In this document: positions 60,289-64,000 of the stretch, in pieces
Layout of the letters: the number at the start of each line of letters is the position of its first letter
Numbering within the stretch: position 1 is the first letter of the stretch
NCBI GenBank assembly: GCA_944393415.1
Contig: CALYAD010000055.1
Span: 3,278-67,277 of the forward strand
Reading direction: 5' to 3'
Length of the DNA: 64,000 nucleotides
Source: an uncultured Clostridia bacterium
GTDB lineage: Bacteria; Bacillota; Clostridia; Oscillospirales; CAG-272
Translations under genes and position numbers: made by a program
The notes under the pieces: model-generated
The model's database searches: none
Seen by the model: the letters and a program-made list of their open reading frames with translations, nothing else
What the model was told of the DNA's origin: nothing

Positions 60289-60291
60289 TTT

Positions 60292-61473
60292 TTATTCCAT
60301 CTCTACCAAAATATCATGGTTAAAATCCGCGGCCGCACGGTTCATTTCCTCAAGACTGCCGTACTCATAGAAAATGTAAGCGATGCGCTGACTGAGATAA
60401 TTGGTTATTTCATGTCCGGGAGGGCAGGTCTCCACTTTCTTGTAAATATGCCCGGAAATACTCTCGGGAATATAATAACTTTTAACCACGCCGTTTCTCG
60501 GCGCCATAATACCATGATGACCGCAGAAATTTCTTTTTTTGGGTATTCTCTTAAGCGTACCGCAATCAAGACCAAGCTGCGCCATAAGCTGAGCTTTGTG
60601 CCAAGGGAAGTCGGTGTTATCCTCGACAAGCTGAAGAAACTGATTACCGAACGGTCTGCGCATCATTTCTATGATATTGAAGCTTTTGCCGTTTCTGATA
60701 AGCTGAAAAGCAAATATGCCGTCACTGAGATCAAGCTGTGAAGCCATTTTCTCGATTATACCGCAAAGCTCACCGCTTATCTCCTCAATATTTTCGGCGG
60801 GAAGCGTCTCTGTCTGAATGAGGTAAGGATTGATGGGTGAGTAAGAGTTGCAGCTCGTGAAAGAGGCTATCTTCTTTTTTATCAGAAAAGCGACGAAGGT
60901 CTGCTGAACGCCTGTCAGGAATGGCTCGATAACGATATGCTTACAGCGTGAGGCTTTAAACGCGTTATCTATAGCCGCGTATGCCTGCGTTTCGTTTTCC
61001 GCTTTCATTATACCCTTGCCGCCGGTAAGATCCGTAGCTTTAACTATTATGGGATATTCAGCGGTAATAACATAACTCTTCGCCTTATTGATATCGCTGA
61101 ACGCGACGGAAACAGGGGAGGGGATATCGTTTTTGTAAAGATATTCCTTGAAAAGATCCTTTAAATGGAGCGTTTTCGCGTTTTCGTAAGTATCGTGACC
61201 TTTCCACCCCATTTTTTCCGCTACATATGCGGCGGTGAGAACCCCGAAATCGTTTGCGCAGCTTATAATATGATCTATTTTGTTATCCTTAACGAGCTTA
61301 AGAACAGCGTCTTTATCGGAATAGTCCGCGGGAATATATTCGTCCGAGTATTTATGACCGATAAGGTCCGGCATATTTCCCGTAGTTATAACGTAATATC
61401 CCATTCTTTTGGCTTCCTCGATCAGCGGTATTTCGCAGAAGCTTCCGTTTAAGATCAAAACCTTTTCTTTCAT
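60292..61473 (-). CDS. ATP-grasp domain protein
   Basis: 393 aa. It has a pre-ATP-grasp N-domain; YPIIVKATDLTGGKGIMKAENETQ and HIVIEPFLTG are ATP-grasp patterns. Its start overlaps the upstream stop by 1 nt. Confidence 0.8.
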   Translation of the reverse strand: MKEKVLILNGSFCEIPLIEEAKRMGYYVITTGNMPDLIGHKYSDEYIPADYSDKDAVLKLVKDNKIDHIISCANDFGVLTAAYVAEKMGWKGHDTYENAKTLHLKDLFKEYLYKNDIPSPVSVAFSDINKAKSYVITAEYPIIVKATDLTGGKGIMKAENETQAYAAIDNAFKASRCKHIVIEPFLTGVQQTFVAFLIKKKIASFTSCNSYSPINPYLIQTETLPAENIEEISGELCGIIEKMASQLDLSDGIFAFQLIRNGKSFNIIEMMRRPFGNQFLQLVEDNTDFPWHKAQLMAQLGLDCGTLKRIPKKRNFCGHHGIMAPRNGVVKSYYIPESISGHIYKKVETCPPGHEITNYLSQRIAYIFYEYGSLEEMNRAAADFNHDILVEME

Positions 61474-62426
61474 CAGAGCTGTTCCTCGTCCTCTTCCTCC
61501 GGTAAATTGACAGTTTCTTTTATGGCAAACTGCGGCGCGTTGTTGATACTGATATAAATACGGCCGATATATTCTCCGATCAGACCGAGAAAAAGCATGA
61601 TGATACCCGACAGTACAAGAATCGCTGTCATGATAGAGCTGTATCCGACAGGGACATTGGGATTGATAATTTTGTTAATGACGGTAATGATGCCATAAAT
61701 AAATCCCGCGGCAGAGCAGAGACAGCCGAGTAAGGAAGCAATGCGCAGAGGTTTTTCGGAAAAGGCGGTGAAGCCGTTGAGCCATAGTGAAAACAGCTTT
61801 CTGAAGCTATATCCTGAGGAGCCGTATTCACGCTGTCGATGCTCAATTTCAACGTTAGCCATATTTCTCGTTATGCGGAGGATAAGTCCGTGAACGAAGG
61901 GGTAGGCGTTTTTATATTTAACTATTTCGTCAACTATATAACGCTTGAAAACGTAATAGCTGTTGAGATCAATGTCTTTGGGTTTGCCGATCAGGTGAGT
62001 TGACATCCAGAAGCTGACCTTCGTTCCAAGCCTCCTGAGAATCGAGCGCTTTTTTTCCGTGTACTTTGCCGAAACGAGATCATATCCCTCTTCAAGTTTA
62101 TCTATAAGCTTGAACATTTCAGAGGGCGGATTCTGTCCGTCGTCGTCAAGACAGACGACGATATCTCCTTTTACATAGTTAAATCCCGCCATAAGCGCGG
62201 AATGCTGACCGAAGTTTCTCGATAAACTGATCACCTTGATACGCTTGTTTTCCTGAGCGCACCGCTTAAGCACATCAAGCGTATTGTCCGGTGAAAAGTC
62301 GTTTACGCAAATGATCTCATAGTCAAATCTGCCGTCGTCGGTTACTGTCTTAACTATCTCGCTTATGACATTCCCAACGGAGTTTTCCGAGCGATAGCAA
62401 GGAATAACGAAGGATAACTTTTTCAT
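61473..62426 (-). CDS. GT2 polyprenyl-phosphate glycosyltransferase (GtrB/ArnC-like) with 2 C-terminal TM helices
   Basis: MKKLSFVIPCYRSE, VNDFSPDNT, SRNFGQHSALMAG, CLDDDGQNPP. The start was set at ATG 62426 behind GAAAGGA. Confidence 0.85.
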   Translation of the reverse strand: MKKLSFVIPCYRSENSVGNVISEIVKTVTDDGRFDYEIICVNDFSPDNTLDVLKRCAQENKRIKVISLSRNFGQHSALMAGFNYVKGDIVVCLDDDGQNPPSEMFKLIDKLEEGYDLVSAKYTEKKRSILRRLGTKVSFWMSTHLIGKPKDIDLNSYYVFKRYIVDEIVKYKNAYPFVHGLILRITRNMANVEIEHRQREYGSSGYSFRKLFSLWLNGFTAFSEKPLRIASLLGCLCSAAGFIYGIITVINKIINPNVPVGYSSIMTAILVLSGIIMLFLGLIGEYIGRIYISINNAPQFAIKETVNLPEEEDEEQL

Positions 62427-62430
62427 TTTA

Positions 62431-63345
62431 TTAAGTCCTTTCAAGGTCGCTTTTAGAATAATAGAGCTTTAACTCAGTTATCATTTCCTCGATACCTACG
62501 GCGCTTTCATAGCCTGTATCCCTTTTGAGCTTATCGAGAGATACCTCCCAGTTGTAGTCGTCCGCGGGATCCGGCTGACCCGAATATACTATCCTTGAGG
62601 AGGAGCCGGTAAGCTCTACGCAAAGCTCCGCCAATCTTTTGTTAGATATGAGATTATGGCTTGCGAGGTTATAGACACCCTGAGCGTTAGGTGATATGAC
62701 GGCTTTATATATAGCCTGCGCAATATCGGTAACGTGAACGTAGGTCTGACGCCTTGTTCCTTTGCCCAGAAGAACGATATCTTCGCCTGCCAGAGCTTTT
62801 TGGACAAAAACGGGAAGTATGGTTTTAGGATTCATTCTTGGTCCGACTGGAGCGGTTATTCTGTAGCTGACGGTGCGTACGCCGTAAGTGTAGAACGCAT
62901 AATTTGCCAGAAGCTCCTGCATTACTTTGGTGCAATGATAAACCGTCGGAGGCTTAAGCGGATGGCTCTCCGTAATGGGAAGCTCTGACGGACTGCCTAT
63001 TACGGGAAGACTTGAAAGCTGTACGAAAACGCCTATATTTTTATCTCTGCAGAGCTCAAGCAATCTTTGAGCTCCGACGCAGTTATTTTTGATTACTTCA
63101 ATGGTATGCGGTTCTTTCCGCATATCCGCCGCAAGATGAACTATGGCGTCTAATTTGCCGACGGAGATTTTTTCAAATATATGTCCGGTGTCCTCGGTGT
63201 ACAGATCACAGAAAACATATTCGTCCGTATCCGATGTGGAATTTGCCGTTCTGTCAAGTCCGATAACAAAGCATCCCTTGTTTTTCAGCCATTTTACAAC
63301 ATGACTTCCGATAAAGCCGTTAGATCCTGTTACTAATATATTCAT
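62431..63345 (-). CDS. NAD-dependent epimerase/dehydratase (extended SDR)
   Basis: MNILVTGSNGFIGSHVV Rossmann motif and the catalytic YHCTK. Confidence 0.85.
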   Translation of the reverse strand: MNILVTGSNGFIGSHVVKWLKNKGCFVIGLDRTANSTSDTDEYVFCDLYTEDTGHIFEKISVGKLDAIVHLAADMRKEPHTIEVIKNNCVGAQRLLELCRDKNIGVFVQLSSLPVIGSPSELPITESHPLKPPTVYHCTKVMQELLANYAFYTYGVRTVSYRITAPVGPRMNPKTILPVFVQKALAGEDIVLLGKGTRRQTYVHVTDIAQAIYKAVISPNAQGVYNLASHNLISNKRLAELCVELTGSSSRIVYSGQPDPADDYNWEVSLDKLKRDTGYESAVGIEEMITELKLYYSKSDLERT

Positions 63346-63470
63346 GTTTATGACCGTTCCTTCCTTACGCTAAATCAGCGTTTCGTGCGGTTAAATCGGT
63401 GCCATGCTTTTGGCGCCGAAGTCACAATAAAGCCGGCGTGAAGCCACGCTTTGAAAATTTATTTTCAAAC
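63346..63470 (-). promoter_or_regulatory. Full-length type-1 leader module (copy B)
   Basis: RNA sense reads UUUGAAAAUAAAUUUUCAAAGCGUGGCUUCACGCCGGCUUUAUUGUGACUUCGGCGCCAAAAGCAUGGCACCGAUUUAACCGCACGAAACGCUGAUUUAGCGUAAGGAAGGAACGGUCAUAAACAUG. Confidence 0.65.
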
Positions 63471-63560
63471 TTTACCTCATGCCGTTTTTGAGTGGTTTCC
63501 CTATTTTTGTTATGAAAGATGTATACATAAAAAAATTTAAAATGTATAATTATTTTATTC

Positions 63561-63589
63561 ATTATACTATATTCTTACAGTAATGTCAA
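63561..63589 (-). promoter_or_regulatory. Consensus sigma-A promoter of the glycan cluster
   Basis: Minus-strand TTGACA (63589-63584), a 17-nt spacer, then TATAAT (63566-63561). Confidence 0.7.
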
Positions 63590-63678
63590 GTATTTATTAA
63601 CCCGTTAATCCTTTAAAAAATATAAAAGCTTGTCAGATAAGCGCTTTGTGATAGAAAAGAATATGCCAAACGGAAGGT

Positions 63679-63720
63679 AAAAAAGCCCCGGTATGGTAAA
63701 TAAAGCATCATACCGGGGGC
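63679..63720 (-). terminator. Intrinsic terminator (minus strand)
   Basis: GCCCCGGTATG-(loop)-CATACCGGGGGC has a T6 run on the minus strand. Confidence 0.6.
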
Positions 63721-63735
63721 TTTGATCTATGAAAT

Positions 63736-63828
63736 AATAGGAGAATAGCGTGAAAGATCAGTCTGATCGCATCAAAATGCAGATAGTTTCACGCTCAAAT
63801 TTTCTTGCGAAAATTTTTCATGTCTATT
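63736..63828 (+). repeat. REP-like palindromic element, copy Y
   Basis: AATAGGAGAATAGCGTGAAAGATCAGTCTGATCGCATCAAAATGCAGATAGTTTCACGCTCAAATTTTCTTGCGAAAATTTTTCATGTCTATT. The outer palindrome spans 63748-63794. Confidence 0.7.
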
Positions 63829-63858
63829 TTGTGCTGCCTTGGGCAGCATGGGGGATTA

Positions 63859-64000
63859 TTATGATAAGTTGCCGTAAGCATCACAGGTTACACTGATATC
63901 AATATTATATGTTTTTAAGGTAATAAATAAAACTTTCTTTTTGAAAGTGCCTAACCCGTGAGCGACATTATTTTCAGCGTATGCGTTTCCGTCAGAAAAA
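63859..64000 (-). CDS. 3' end of an unidentified gene entering from the right edge
   Basis: An open minus-strand frame reads ...FSDGNAYAENNVAHGLGTFKKKVLFITLKTYNIDISVTCDAYGNLS then TAA (63861-63859). Only 46 codons are visible, so no family call is possible. Confidence 0.35.
   Translation of the reverse strand, partial: FSDGNAYAENNVAHGLGTFKKKVLFITLKTYNIDISVTCDAYGNLS

Overview
This window is a 64-kb chromosomal segment from an endospore-forming Firmicute, probably Clostridia of the Oscillospiraceae/Ruminococcaceae type. That guess rests on gene content only: spoIIGA-sigE, a SpoIIIAH-like gene, addBA, and ECF/PTS/MATE transporters. Most genes are housekeeping: addB-addA, a cysteine desulfurase, a YbiT-like ABC-F, cysK, purB, fhs, coaX, obg, ligA, a ptsH-ptsI-EIIA-EIICB operon, hslO, murI, tRNA-Ala and tRNA-Val. 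Interleaved with them are CAZyme genes that lack signal peptides: GH92, a GH99-like gene, a beta-helix protein, GH116, a heparinase II/III-like gene with an AraC regulator, and a roughly 990-codon hydrolase broken by one in-frame TAG. At the right end, an AT-rich islet of about 2 kb cuts the 5' end off a Mn-catalase gene. A surface-glycan modification cluster follows it: rfbB, a GT-C-like membrane gene split at a T7 run, an ATP-grasp gene, a GtrB/ArnC-like GT2 and an SDR epimerase. I found no CRISPR array, IS element, integrase or recognisable defence genes. The most unusual signal is non-coding. Two families of reused, hairpin-containing 5' leader modules sit directly against Shine-Dalgarno sequences of unrelated genes, and a REP-like palindromic element occurs in three copies. 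I could not assign any of these to a known RNA family. All protein calls come from by-eye motif recognition on the supplied translations, with no searches run. Start codons were refined by hand wherever the ORF track clearly reads through a leader.
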